Positions 31,157-40,541 of a stretch of 64,000 nucleotides of DNA are shown piece by piece. Location: positions 127,513 to 191,512 of IMG/VR virus record IMGVR_UViG_3300045972_000138; one strand, given 5' to 3'. Origin of the DNA: a virus. Numbering within the stretch: position 1 is the stretch's first letter; every line of letters begins with the position of its first letter. A program made the translations under genes and the position numbers. Under the pieces are notes generated by a model. That model was not told where the DNA came from. It was given only the letters and a program-made list of their open reading frames with translations, and did not search any database.

Positions 31157-31414
31157 ATGGTATTCTTAGACTTGGTCGTAGCAGTATTAGTATTGTGCAT
31201 AATGATACTATTACTGACACAGGTAATAACACCTGTACTATTTGGAACACCGTTTTTCCCATTGTTCCGAAAATCCACAGAACTTAAAAAGGAAGTGGAT
31301 GCATTAGAGCTAACTCTCGAAGAAAAGGAAGAGTTAGTATTGTTGAAGATGAAACTTAGTAAATTAAAGGCTCGTGAAGCCGAACTTGAAAGTAAAGAAA
31401 ATGGCACAACTTAG
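31157..31414 (+). CDS. small membrane protein with coiled coil
   Basis: ATG 31157 two nt after upstream stop; TM MVFLDLVVAVLVLCIMILLL. Confidence 0.4.
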   Translation: MVFLDLVVAVLVLCIMILLLTQVITPVLFGTPFFPLFRKSTELKKEVDALELTLEEKEELVLLKMKLSKLKAREAELESKENGTT

Positions 31415-32636
31415 TATCTCCCCTAAACGCACTATTATCGCAGCAGCGTCTGCAATTGGTGCATTGTTTCTAATCATCTTTGTGGTGTTCTTGTTCAAGA
31501 ATGTCGATGCAAAGGATTATGTGGTTATCCAGGCACCAATCAGCGGTGAGCTGTCAGTTCATACAGACGGTGGATGGAAGTGGCAAGGTATGGGCAAGTC
31601 CCAAACTTATCACCGACGTGACCAGTTCAGCTTTAGCAATAAAGTTGATCAAGGTAAAGCAGGTGACGAATCCATTAGCACACGGTTTAACGATGGCGGC
31701 CACGGTAACATTTCTGGTACAGTGAATTGGCAAATGCCCGCAAGTCCAGACTTGATTATCAAGTTGCACAAAGACTTCGGTAGCATGGATGCAATTGAAC
31801 AACAATTGATTCGTCCTGCAATGCAAAAGGTTATCTACAATGTAGGCCCAACAATGTCCTCAACAGAATCTAGTGCTGAAAAGCGTCCTGAGATTCCAAA
31901 GTATATCGACGACCAACTTGTTAACGGTCCTTACTTGACTAAGACTGTTAATGTTACGCAAAAGGATGCAATCTCCGGGCAAGACAAAGTTGTTCCGGTA
32001 GTGCAAATTGCGTTGAATGACAAAGGTCAACCGATGCGTGAAAGCAAGTCGCAGATCACCGAATACGGCATTGTTTTGCAACCTGTAGCAATCAATGCAA
32101 TCGTGTACGACACTGTAGTTGAAGATCAGATTAAACAGCGTCAAACTGCAACTACGCAAGTACAGATTTCTATTGCTAATGCACGTAAGGCTGAACAGGA
32201 AGCAATTACTACAGAACAGCAAGGTAAGGCCAATGCCGCTAAAGCTAAGTGGGAACAGGAAACAGTGAATGCAAAGGATGTTGCATTGGCTGAAAAGGAA
32301 CTGCAAGTTGCTACATTGGCCGCAAAGACTGCTGAACAATCAAAACGTGAAAACATCTTGATTGGTGAAGGTGAAGCTGCTCGTAAGCGTCTGGTAATGG
32401 AAGCTAACGGTGCGTTGGATGCTAAGTTAGCTGCATATGTGGATGTAAACAAGGCCTATGCCGAAGCTATCTCCAAAGCACAACCTGGCGCATGGTCTCC
32501 ACAAGTTGTAATGGGTGGCGGAGCAAGCGGTGCTAACACATCTAACTCGCTTATCGAAATGCTGACTGCTAAGACAGCTCGCGAACTCGGAGTTGATATG
32601 TCAGTTATCAAGGGCAATACCGCTAAAACTAAGTAA
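31374..32636 (+). CDS. SPFH/band-7 (HflK/C, flotillin-like) membrane protein
   Basis: N-terminal TM, SPFH-like core, long Ala/Glu/Lys coiled coil; GTG start. Confidence 0.65.
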   Translation: MKPNLKVKKMAQLSISPKRTIIAAASAIGALFLIIFVVFLFKNVDAKDYVVIQAPISGELSVHTDGGWKWQGMGKSQTYHRRDQFSFSNKVDQGKAGDESISTRFNDGGHGNISGTVNWQMPASPDLIIKLHKDFGSMDAIEQQLIRPAMQKVIYNVGPTMSSTESSAEKRPEIPKYIDDQLVNGPYLTKTVNVTQKDAISGQDKVVPVVQIALNDKGQPMRESKSQITEYGIVLQPVAINAIVYDTVVEDQIKQRQTATTQVQISIANARKAEQEAITTEQQGKANAAKAKWEQETVNAKDVALAEKELQVATLAAKTAEQSKRENILIGEGEAARKRLVMEANGALDAKLAAYVDVNKAYAEAISKAQPGAWSPQVVMGGGASGANTSNSLIEMLTAKTARELGVDMSVIKGNTAKTK

Positions 32637-32656
32637 GACTATTATCGGTAGACATT

Positions 32657-32693
32657 AAAGCCCATACTGCTATAATACGCATATGGGCTTTTT
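32657..32693 (+). terminator. rho-independent terminator; loop holds a TGCTATAAT extended -10
   Basis: 10-bp stem AAAGCCCATA/TATGGGCTTT then TTT. Confidence 0.6.
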
Positions 32694-32716
32694 AACACAC
32701 AGAAACGGAGTTATAT

Positions 32717-33814
32717 ATGGGTAAGATTATTGGTTCGGTAGCATTCCTTATTGCTATTATTGTTGGTGGTTACTTTGCTGATCCGGGGTTCCACGAAAAG
32801 GTTAACGGTATGCTGGGCAAAGGTGGTGCACAGGTTTCTGCCGTGCGTACTACGCAAACAGAACCAACTGCGTGGGAAGCAAAGAAAGGTTCTACACTGT
32901 CTAACATCATCGATAGCGGTGTGGTACATGCAAGCGTACAGGATCCTAGCAAGCCGTTCTACTACAAAGAAGGCGCACGTGCCAAAGGTTTCAATGTTGA
33001 CTTTATGAACATCTTGTTCGCTCAAAACGAATTCAGAACCAAGGTGGGAATTAAAGTTGAAGCAAGTGCAGTGGATTCGTATCCCGATGTACCGAAGCAA
33101 TTGCTTGATGGTAAGAAGGTTGATATTGCAATTGACGGCCTTACATTCAATGATGAAGACTTGAAGGGTGTGAAGTACACAATTCCTTATGTGAAGGACT
33201 TTGGTTACGCACTAATTACTCCTAAAGGTGTAAATGTAAACAATGTTGCTGACTTGGCTGGTGCAAAGGTTGGTATCATTAAAGGCGATCCGGATGTAAA
33301 ATCCTTTGTCGAAGGTGCTTTTCCTGGTGCTACTATTGTTGAAGTGTCTGACAAAGCAGACGAATCCGGCAAGTTTATTGCAGGCCACTTTAAAGCACAT
33401 CGTATCGACGCAATGGTTTATGACTATCCGTTTGCTGTAGCAGAAGTTGAAGGCACTAACCTGCAGTTTGCAATGACAAAGATCAAAGGTAGCGACATCC
33501 AGTATCGCATTGGTGTACGTGACGAAGATAAGGACTTGTTGGCAGCATTGAACGGTGCTATCCGTAAGGCAATGGATACGCCCGAATATACAGAAATGCT
33601 GAAACAATACTTTATGAGCAACAGTGTTGCGGCTGTACGCCGTGCAAGTTCCGGTGAAGTTAGCTATGTAGTGGTTAAGGGCGACACACTGAGCACTATT
33701 GCAGCATCGCAACTTGGTGACTTGAAGCGTTATCCGGATATCCAGGCACGTAATAACTTGGCCAACCCCAACTTTATTGCAGTTGGACAAAAGTTGATTA
33801 TTCCTAGCAAGTAA
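32717..33814 (+). CDS. solute-binding-protein-like domain fused to C-terminal LysM
   Basis: N-terminal TM; SBP_bac_3-like core; C-terminal YVVVKGDTLSTIAASQLGD...GQKLIIP LysM. Confidence 0.65.
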   Translation: MGKIIGSVAFLIAIIVGGYFADPGFHEKVNGMLGKGGAQVSAVRTTQTEPTAWEAKKGSTLSNIIDSGVVHASVQDPSKPFYYKEGARAKGFNVDFMNILFAQNEFRTKVGIKVEASAVDSYPDVPKQLLDGKKVDIAIDGLTFNDEDLKGVKYTIPYVKDFGYALITPKGVNVNNVADLAGAKVGIIKGDPDVKSFVEGAFPGATIVEVSDKADESGKFIAGHFKAHRIDAMVYDYPFAVAEVEGTNLQFAMTKIKGSDIQYRIGVRDEDKDLLAALNGAIRKAMDTPEYTEMLKQYFMSNSVAAVRRASSGEVSYVVVKGDTLSTIAASQLGDLKRYPDIQARNNLANPNFIAVGQKLIIPSK

Positions 33815-33817
33815 TTG

Positions 33818-33846
33818 TTGACTGCCCCTAAGGCCCGTGTTACAAT
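33818..33846 (+). promoter_or_regulatory. sigma70-like promoter TTGACT-N17-TACAAT
   Basis: upstream of rtcB ATG 33884 with AAGG RBS. Confidence 0.5.
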
Positions 33847-33883
33847 AATATGTAACGCGGGCTTTATTCTATTTAAGGTATAT

Positions 33884-35077
33884 ATGGAAATCAATAATGT
33901 AAAAATGTGGGTAGGTGATATGGAAGTTGAAGAAGCTGCTATTCAGCAGATTATGAATATTTCCCAATTGCCTATTCTTGCCGGACATATGGCTATTATG
34001 CCAGACGTTCATATGGGCAAGGGTGCAACAGTTGGTTCTGTTATTCCTACACGTTCCGCTATTATTCCTGCCGCAGTAGGTGTGGATATTGGTTGCGGTA
34101 TGATTGCTGCAATGACAAACCTTAAGGCAGAAGATCTTCCAACATCATTGTTCTCCTTGCGTAATGCAATTGAACGTGATGTACCTGTAGGCTTCAACGA
34201 GCACGACAAGGGTATCCCTTCTGTGTCGGGTCCTTATGCAGATATCCTGCGTAAGAATCTACGCAAGACAATGGATGACTTCGATACACTAACATTGAAG
34301 AAGAATTTGGGTCGTGCTGACGAAAAGAAGATTGCACGCCAGATTGGTACGCTAGGTGGCGGTAACCACTTTATCGAAATTTGTCTTGATACACAAAATC
34401 GTGTGTGGATTATGCTGCACTCTGGATCACGTGGCATCGGTAACCAAATTGGTACAGTTGCAATTGAACTGGCAAAGGAACAGGCTGCAAAGCGTGCATG
34501 GGGTCTCCCAGATCAGGATCTTGCTTGGTTGGATGAAGGCACACCGGAATTCGAAGCCTACATTGAAGCTATGCATTGGGCGCAGGATTATGCACGTTTC
34601 AATCGCGACACAATGATGAACTTGGTTGTGGCAGCAATGCTGCGTAAGTTTCCTACAATGAAGATTTTGGGCGAAGTGGTAAACTGCCATCACAACTTTA
34701 CAAGCCTGGAAGAACACTTTGGTACAAAGATGTGGATTACTCGTAAGGGTGCTGTATCTGCTAAACAAGGGCAAATGGGTATTATTCCTGGTTCGATGGG
34801 TGCTAAGTCGTTTATTGTGCAAGGCAAGGGTAATCACGATTCGTACTGCTCTTGCTCACACGGCGCAGGCCGCAAAATGAGCCGTAATCAGGCGAAAAAA
34901 CTGTTCGACGTTGCAGCTATGGAAGCGCAGACGCAAGGCATCGAGTGCCGCAAGGACTCGGGTGTTATTGACGAGATTCCTGCAGCATACAAAGACATCG
35001 ATCAAGTTATGGCAGCACAATCTGAATTGGTTGATGTAGTGCATACGCTGAAGCAGGTGCTCTGCGTTAAAGGTTAA
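33884..35077 (+). CDS. rtcB: RNA-splicing ligase RtcB
   Basis: VKMW...MPDVHMGKGATVGSVIPT...AAVGVDIGCGM, GGGNHFIEI, CSCSHGAGRKMSR; start at internal ATG 33884. Confidence 0.9.
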   Translation: MEINNVKMWVGDMEVEEAAIQQIMNISQLPILAGHMAIMPDVHMGKGATVGSVIPTRSAIIPAAVGVDIGCGMIAAMTNLKAEDLPTSLFSLRNAIERDVPVGFNEHDKGIPSVSGPYADILRKNLRKTMDDFDTLTLKKNLGRADEKKIARQIGTLGGGNHFIEICLDTQNRVWIMLHSGSRGIGNQIGTVAIELAKEQAAKRAWGLPDQDLAWLDEGTPEFEAYIEAMHWAQDYARFNRDTMMNLVVAAMLRKFPTMKILGEVVNCHHNFTSLEEHFGTKMWITRKGAVSAKQGQMGIIPGSMGAKSFIVQGKGNHDSYCSCSHGAGRKMSRNQAKKLFDVAAMEAQTQGIECRKDSGVIDEIPAAYKDIDQVMAAQSELVDVVHTLKQVLCVKG

Positions 35078-35078
35078 T

Positions 35079-35297
35079 ATGCAACGCTGGGGACCTACCT
35101 TGTGGTTGTTTAGCAAAGAAGAGTTTGATAAACTACCTAACGGATTTGTACTGACATCAATAAATGGTACGAAGAAGACCAAAGGTGTCGATAGTATAGA
35201 TACAGATGTAAGGTGGGGCCATATTGCATGGGGTGTAGAAGATCCAATGAATCACCCCGAAGCTGAATTATTCACAGTGTTTAGATTGGAAGCATAA
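35079..35297 (+). CDS. hypothetical small protein
   Basis: ATATGC junction; 72 aa. Confidence 0.35.
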   Translation: MQRWGPTLWLFSKEEFDKLPNGFVLTSINGTKKTKGVDSIDTDVRWGHIAWGVEDPMNHPEAELFTVFRLEA

Positions 35298-35473
35298 TGG
35301 AAGATATTGATAAGACACACGCCACCCTTGTTTATGGATTGTGCGAAAAGTGCAACATAAATACTGGTACAGAAGGCCATACCTGCCCCTATGCAGAAGA
35401 TATTAACGGAGACTATCTGTCGGAATGCAATTGCTGCGATAGTTGCTGCAAAGATTGTGCAGACGACATTTAA
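35297..35473 (+). CDS. Cys-rich mini-protein (58 aa)
   Basis: CEKC...CPY...CNCCDSCCKDC; not in ORF track. Confidence 0.3.
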   Translation: MEDIDKTHATLVYGLCEKCNINTGTEGHTCPYAEDINGDYLSECNCCDSCCKDCADDI

Positions 35474-35477
35474 TCAG

Positions 35478-35506
35478 TTGACTAGACAAAAGTTTAGTCA
35501 TATAAT
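35478..35506 (+). promoter_or_regulatory. sigma70 promoter TTGACT-N17-TATAAT
   Basis: consensus; upstream of 35533. Confidence 0.6.
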
Positions 35507-35532
35507 AAACAAATAAACAAAAGAGGTTTTTA

Positions 35533-36732
35533 ATGGCCATTGATACATCGCCCGAAGCAGTGCTAGAACAACTAACTCGCGCACGAATTTCTTTGTTGTT
35601 GCAACAACCTTTCTGGGGCACACTTGCAACACGTCTTATTTTGAAAGACGCCACTGAAGAAGATTGGTGCCCAACAGCGGCAACAAACGGCAGATACTTT
35701 TACTACAATCGTAATTTTATCTCCAAACTCAACAAGCAAGAATGCATCTTCCTTGTAGCGCACGAAGTTGAACACTGTGTTTACGATCACATGGATCGTC
35801 GTGGTGGTCGTGCAGCAAAACGCTGGAATGCAGCAGCAGACTACGTTATCAATTATGAACTGCATGAATACAACATTGGTAAGATTCCAGATCCAAAGAC
35901 ATCTGGTGTACAGGCCTGCTTTGATCCAAAGTACAAAGGAATGTTTGCTGAAGAAGTATACGAACAACTTACAGACGATCAAAAGTTTCCAGAGTTCGAT
36001 GTTCACCTGGAGCCAGGTGATGGCAAGGGTGATCCGATGTCGGAAGACGAACAGCGCGAATTGAGCGATGAAATCCGTAATGCCGTTATGCAGGCAGCAA
36101 AGAGCGCAGGTGCTGGCAAGGTTCCTGCAGGTGTGCGTCGTATGCTCAAGGATCTTACCGAACCACAAATGGATTGGCGTGAAATCTTGAATATGAAGAT
36201 TCAATCTATGGTTAAGAGCGACTTTACCTGGGATCGTTGCTCGCGTAAGATGCAGAGCACTGGTATCTATTTGCCATCAACAAAGAATGACTTCAAGGCT
36301 CGTGCAGCAGTAGCAATCGATGCATCCGGATCTATGGGCGATAATATGTTGCGTGATTTGCTTGGCGAAACCAAAGGCATCATGGAACAGTTCAACGATT
36401 TTGAACTTGATGTGTGGACATTTGATACAAAGGTATACAACCCTGTACGTTTCACACCCGACAATATTGATGAAATCGATACATACGATATTAAGGGCGG
36501 CGGTGGTACTGACTTTGATGTCAACTTTGCTTACATGAAGGAAGCTGGGTTGGAACCAGAACGCTTTATTATGATGACAGACGGATACCCTTGCGGTAGC
36601 TGGGGCGACGAATTTTACTGCGATACATTGTTCCTTATCCACGGTGACCCACATCACAAGTTAGTTGCACCGTTTGGTATGACAGCATGGTACGAACCAG
36701 ATAGTCATTCACCGCAAAACAAGAAGAAATAA
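35533..36732 (+). CDS. VWA-domain protein with N-terminal HExxH metallopeptidase-like domain
   Basis: VAHEVEHCVYDH; MIDAS motif AIDASGSMGD; probable partner of MoxR ATPase. Confidence 0.7.
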   Translation: MAIDTSPEAVLEQLTRARISLLLQQPFWGTLATRLILKDATEEDWCPTAATNGRYFYYNRNFISKLNKQECIFLVAHEVEHCVYDHMDRRGGRAAKRWNAAADYVINYELHEYNIGKIPDPKTSGVQACFDPKYKGMFAEEVYEQLTDDQKFPEFDVHLEPGDGKGDPMSEDEQRELSDEIRNAVMQAAKSAGAGKVPAGVRRMLKDLTEPQMDWREILNMKIQSMVKSDFTWDRCSRKMQSTGIYLPSTKNDFKARAAVAIDASGSMGDNMLRDLLGETKGIMEQFNDFELDVWTFDTKVYNPVRFTPDNIDEIDTYDIKGGGGTDFDVNFAYMKEAGLEPERFIMMTDGYPCGSWGDEFYCDTLFLIHGDPHHKLVAPFGMTAWYEPDSHSPQNKKK

Positions 36733-36733
36733 T

Positions 36734-37012
36734 ATGAGTTTTCTACTACCAACCAACGAAGAGTTTGTTGAAGAAGTAGCCAAAGCATTAGGCAGAGACA
36801 GGCTATTCAGGGATGCCTCTGACCTAATGAAATCTAAGCTAGGTGTTACACTCAAAGAAACCGAGTCACTTGATGCACGGTTTGATGGTGTGTTCGAACA
36901 GCTTTGGGCCGGTGATGACGAAGAAGCCGAATGGAATAGAGAAAACTATAAGGCAGATGCCCTTACAGCTATCAACAAGATTAATCTTCTATTACTCACA
37001 ATGGTAAATTAA
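36734..37012 (+). CDS. hypothetical protein (92 aa)
   Basis: ORF. Confidence 0.5.
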   Translation: MSFLLPTNEEFVEEVAKALGRDRLFRDASDLMKSKLGVTLKETESLDARFDGVFEQLWAGDDEEAEWNRENYKADALTAINKINLLLLTMVN

Positions 37013-37037
37013 AGGTAAATACATTAAGGGCAACTTA

Positions 37038-37310
37038 ATGTATCAAACCTCATTATTTTTTAGAATAAAAAACAGTAGCACGGCATTTGAAAAGTACCGT
37101 ATTATTGAGTACTTCTTTAAATATTGGGTAGACGATACCTGCAACAATGAAGTTGATTACAGTGTAGAATCTGTATCAACTGCCAGCATAGATTCACGTA
37201 AGCTAGAAGAATTAGTTAGAGTGGATTTCGAACACATTGAAGATGCAGTCGCTATAAAGCTAAAAGGTGTCCCACGAGAATACCAACCATATATTGAAAT
37301 AGTAGGTTGA
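37038..37310 (+). CDS. hypothetical protein (90 aa)
   Basis: ORF. Confidence 0.45.
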   Translation: MYQTSLFFRIKNSSTAFEKYRIIEYFFKYWVDDTCNNEVDYSVESVSTASIDSRKLEELVRVDFEHIEDAVAIKLKGVPREYQPYIEIVG

Positions 37311-37335
37311 CCTACTATGTCTATGGTTATATAAT
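37307..37335 (+). promoter_or_regulatory. sigma70-like promoter TTGACC-N17-TATAAT
   Basis: upstream of 37367. Confidence 0.45.
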
Positions 37336-37366
37336 AACAACAAATAGACTTAACCAATAAATTATT

Positions 37367-37987
37367 ATGTCAGATGTACTACTATTAAACGCAGATGGAA
37401 TGCCATTGTCGTCGATCCCACTTTCAGTGGTGAATTGGCAAGTGGCTGTACGACTTCTTGTAACTGACAAGGTTAAAATCTTGAAAGAATACGATGACTG
37501 GGTTGTAAGATCTCAACACCTAGAAATGAAGGTGCCGTCTATCGTCATTATGTCTGAGCAAGTAAAGTGGGCAAAGACACTAAAATATAGCCGAAATAAC
37601 GTCTATTTACGTGATGATTTTACGTGTCAGCTACAAAGTACGAACCGTTGTGCCGACGCACACGGAAAAGGTCATCCTGTTGCTGAATTGACATTAGACC
37701 ACGTTGTTCCTAAGTCCCATGGTGGTAAGACATCCTGGACAAACGTTGTTACCTGCTGCAAGTCTTGTAACAGCGAAAAGGGTAACGACCATACTATTGT
37801 TCCTAAGAAGGTTCCAGTGAAGCCAACGTACTACCAGATACTGGCCAAACGTAAGACATTACCAATTAGTGTTAAAGACCCGGATTGGAAGTTTTACATA
37901 CAGTGGCCAGAACATCTTGTTACGGTAGTAGATCACCGAGCAGGTGCTCAGCCAAGTCTACTTGATGACGAATCAATAGACATTTAA
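37367..37987 (+). CDS. HNH endonuclease
   Basis: LDHVVPKSHGGKTSWTNVVTCCKSCNSEKGN. Confidence 0.8.
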   Translation: MSDVLLLNADGMPLSSIPLSVVNWQVAVRLLVTDKVKILKEYDDWVVRSQHLEMKVPSIVIMSEQVKWAKTLKYSRNNVYLRDDFTCQLQSTNRCADAHGKGHPVAELTLDHVVPKSHGGKTSWTNVVTCCKSCNSEKGNDHTIVPKKVPVKPTYYQILAKRKTLPISVKDPDWKFYIQWPEHLVTVVDHRAGAQPSLLDDESIDI

Positions 37988-38012
37988 AAAAAGCCCCGCA
38001 AGGGGCTTTTTT
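37986..38012. terminator. bidirectional rho-independent terminator
   Basis: AAAAAAGCCCC-gcaa-GGGGCTTTTTT between convergent HNH and iscA. Confidence 0.8.
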
Positions 38013-38331
38013 ATATCCGGAAACTTTCTCCACACCCACATCGGTCGCGCTCATTAGGATTATTGAATTTAAATCCTTCATTCAACCCTTCGCGTACATA
38101 GTCTATCTCCATTCCCTGTAGGTATGCACAGCTCTTTGGATCAACAAATAGTTTACATTCTTTGCAATCTATACACAGATCTTCATCTTGTGCTGCATCT
38201 ACATATTCTAGTACATATGCGAGCCCACTACATCCTGTAGTTTTAACACCCAATCTTATACCTGTCCCTTTGCCACGCTTTACAATTACCTGCTGAATTT
38301 TCCTTGCTGCCTTATCAGTTAGTGTCAGCAT
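38011..38331 (-). CDS. iscA: A-type Fe-S cluster carrier IscA
   Basis: LGVKTTGCSGLAYVLEYVD and C-terminal CGCGESF; close to enterobacterial IscA. Confidence 0.85.
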   Translation of the reverse strand: MLTLTDKAARKIQQVIVKRGKGTGIRLGVKTTGCSGLAYVLEYVDAAQDEDLCIDCKECKLFVDPKSCAYLQGMEIDYVREGLNEGFKFNNPNERDRCGCGESFRI

Positions 38332-38701
38332 GTTTTGCCCTATAATCCGCTACAGCAGCCTTGATAGCATCTTCTGCCAAAATCGAGCAATGAATCTTAA
38401 CGGGTGGAAGTGCAAGTTCTTCGGCAATTTCACTGTTCTTAAGACTTCCTGCTTGATCAAGTGTTTTTCCTTTAACCCATTCTGTGACGAGCGATGAACT
38501 AGCAATAGCGGATCCGCATCCGTATGTTTTGAATTTTGCATCTTGAATTACTCCATTAACTACTTTAATTTGTAGTTTCATTACGTCGCCACACGCAGGC
38601 GCGCCGACCATGCCTGTGCCTACGTCTTCATCTCCCTTATCAAAGGAGCCCACGTTACGTGGATTTTCATAGTGATCTATAACTTGTTGTGAATATGCCA
38701 T
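38315..38701 (-). CDS. iscU: Fe-S cluster scaffold IscU
   Basis: MAYSQQVIDHYENPRNVGSF, GAPACGDVMKLQI, KTYGCGSAIASSSLVTEWVKGK, PPVKIHCSILAEDAIKAA; near-identical pattern to E. coli IscU. Confidence 0.9.
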   Translation of the reverse strand: MAYSQQVIDHYENPRNVGSFDKGDEDVGTGMVGAPACGDVMKLQIKVVNGVIQDAKFKTYGCGSAIASSSLVTEWVKGKTLDQAGSLKNSEIAEELALPPVKIHCSILAEDAIKAAVADYRAKHADTN

Positions 38702-38768
38702 AATAGTTTACCTTTTTACTCTACTATTTATCACAAATTTTTATAGTTAACTACAGTTTTATAAATAT

Positions 38769-39239
38769 TTGATGGACTATACAAAAATATACAATAATAT
38801 TATACATCGTGCTCAGAATAGAATCTTAGAAGGGTATATTGAGAAACACCATATTATACCAAAGTGCCTTGGTGGCAACAACGATATAATTAACCTGGTT
38901 GCACTTACACCGGAAGAGCATTATCTCTGCCATCTTATATTAGTAAAAATTCATCCTTCTAACCGTAAAATATTACACGCGGCTAAAATGATGAGTGGCC
39001 AAGGTAATAATAAAAAATACGGCTGGATTAAGAGGCGAATTTCTAAATTAGGATTTAGCGATGAACATAAAGCAAATATGTCCAAAGCACAATTCGAAAG
39101 AGCAAAAATCTATAAAAGAGAAACAACCTTAGAACAAATGCAAGAAAGATGGGCCAAGAATGCAATAAAAAGGGAAGAGAAGAAAACAAATGCTATTATA
39201 ACAGCACTTATATATGCAGTTTCTGTAAAATCGTTGTAA
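38769..39239 (+). CDS. HNH-family homing-endonuclease-like protein
   Basis: EKHHIIPKCLGGNNDIINLVALTPEEHYLCH; paralog of 63075-63770. Confidence 0.6.
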   Translation: MMDYTKIYNNIIHRAQNRILEGYIEKHHIIPKCLGGNNDIINLVALTPEEHYLCHLILVKIHPSNRKILHAAKMMSGQGNNKKYGWIKRRISKLGFSDEHKANMSKAQFERAKIYKRETTLEQMQERWAKNAIKREEKKTNAIITALIYAVSVKSL

Positions 39240-39332
39240 AAAATGACCAATATTATGGGCGAAAATCTATATAAGATATAAATATGTGCGTATAGAATCA
39301 CTCTTACACCATTTAACAAAACGGAGATTATA

Positions 39333-39617
39333 ATGGCAAAAGCAAAGAAGACCCCAGCAGCAGAAGCAGTAGTTACACCAGAAGCTGAAGCGCAAACAAC
39401 AACATCTATTGAGCCAGTGCAATTAACTATTGCCGACTTGCAACTATTGGGTCGTATTATCGACTTGGCATCGCGCCGTGGTGCATTCCAGGCTAATGAA
39501 TTGTCACAAGTTGGTGATGCATTTAACAAGCTATCAGGCTTTTTAGCATATGTCGAAAGTGTCCAGTCCAAGGAAGCAGAAGCAGTAGCTGAAGAAGAAA
39601 CAGCAGACGCAGAATAA
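39333..39617 (+). CDS. hypothetical acidic protein (94 aa)
   Basis: RBS ACGGAGA. Confidence 0.55.
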   Translation: MAKAKKTPAAEAVVTPEAEAQTTTSIEPVQLTIADLQLLGRIIDLASRRGAFQANELSQVGDAFNKLSGFLAYVESVQSKEAEAVAEEETADAE

Positions 39618-39642
39618 ACAAAGGGGATAATCCCCTTTGTTT
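39618..39642 (+). terminator. rho-independent terminator
   Basis: AAAGGGGAtaaTCCCCTTTG then TTTCC. Confidence 0.6.
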
Positions 39643-39660
39643 CCTTAAGGAGACACTAAC

Positions 39661-40470
39661 GTGGCAATTGAAAATTTAAAGAAGCATGCCGGAGTGCTAA
39701 AAAATACCGGAGTGCGAGTCGCAGTTGTTTTTAGAAAACTTCCTAACGATGATAAGAATTGTCTTATTGTTGAAACAGAACGTTTGCCAGACAGCTATCA
39801 CGACTACGTAATTCAAACTCTAAACTCTAGGGAAGCAGCAGAGACAAATGAGTTTTATGAAGTATTAAATCGCAGGACATTTCCGGATGGAACAAACTGT
39901 TTAACATCGTTGCATCAACGCGGTTTCCTACGTAGGGAACCAGTTACAAATGTAACAATGATGCCGTTACCGGGCCAGGCAGTTCCTCTTGAGCTTATCA
40001 ATGCTACTATTGATAATAAGGTAGCAGAGTACAAAGCAAGGCAAGCAGATCAAGCAACATCTGACTCTGTTGCAGAAACTGTAGCAGCAGCACGCGAAGC
40101 ATTAGCCAATGATCCATCGGCTATTGCCAAGGGTTTAATTGCTCAAGCCGAACTACTTGAAGCAGATGCAGCAGCAAAACGCGAGCAGGCATATACTCTT
40201 GATCCCGAGTCACGCCCAGGTCGTGGTCGTCCTTCATTACCTGTTGATATCAAGGCACAGAAACTTGAAGAACAGAAAGCAAAACGTCGTGAGCGTGACC
40301 AACGCAAAGCGGCAGATGCTAAGGTAGAGAAGAAGGTATCTGCAATTGATGCTAAGGTGCAGGCCAAGTTAGAAAGAGATGCTGCCCGCAGCGAATCTGC
40401 AACAACTATCACTATCAAAGAGAAACCTGCAGCTAAGTCTAGAGCAAAAACACCTGTCACAGCTAAATAA
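39661..40470 (+). CDS. hypothetical basic protein with AT-hook-like RPGRGRPS
   Basis: GTG start, RBS AAGGAGA; Lys/Ala/Glu-rich C-terminal half. Confidence 0.55.
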   Translation: MAIENLKKHAGVLKNTGVRVAVVFRKLPNDDKNCLIVETERLPDSYHDYVIQTLNSREAAETNEFYEVLNRRTFPDGTNCLTSLHQRGFLRREPVTNVTMMPLPGQAVPLELINATIDNKVAEYKARQADQATSDSVAETVAAAREALANDPSAIAKGLIAQAELLEADAAAKREQAYTLDPESRPGRGRPSLPVDIKAQKLEEQKAKRRERDQRKAADAKVEKKVSAIDAKVQAKLERDAARSESATTITIKEKPAAKSRAKTPVTAK

Positions 40471-40483
40471 TTCTCCCATTAAA

Positions 40484-40513
40484 GCAGCTGGTTATACACC
40501 AGCTGCCTTCTTA
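40484..40513 (+). terminator. hairpin, weak terminator
   Basis: GCAGCTGG-ttataca-CCAGCTGC then CTTCTT. Confidence 0.35.
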
Positions 40514-40541
40514 TAAATACTTATAACAGGGAGATGCAAGG

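Noticed and set aside
31860-32452. Minus-strand ORFs 31860-32339 and 32141-32452
   Set aside because: They are antisense to the SPFH gene; their composition mirrors the Ala/Glu/Lys coiled coil read backwards.
33212-33790. 192-aa minus-strand ORF
   Set aside because: It is antisense to the SBP-LysM gene, which has a recognisable LysM and signal peptide.
35572-36204. 210-aa minus-strand ORF
   Set aside because: It is antisense to the VWA/metallopeptidase gene, which has strong motifs; Cys-rich shadow frame.
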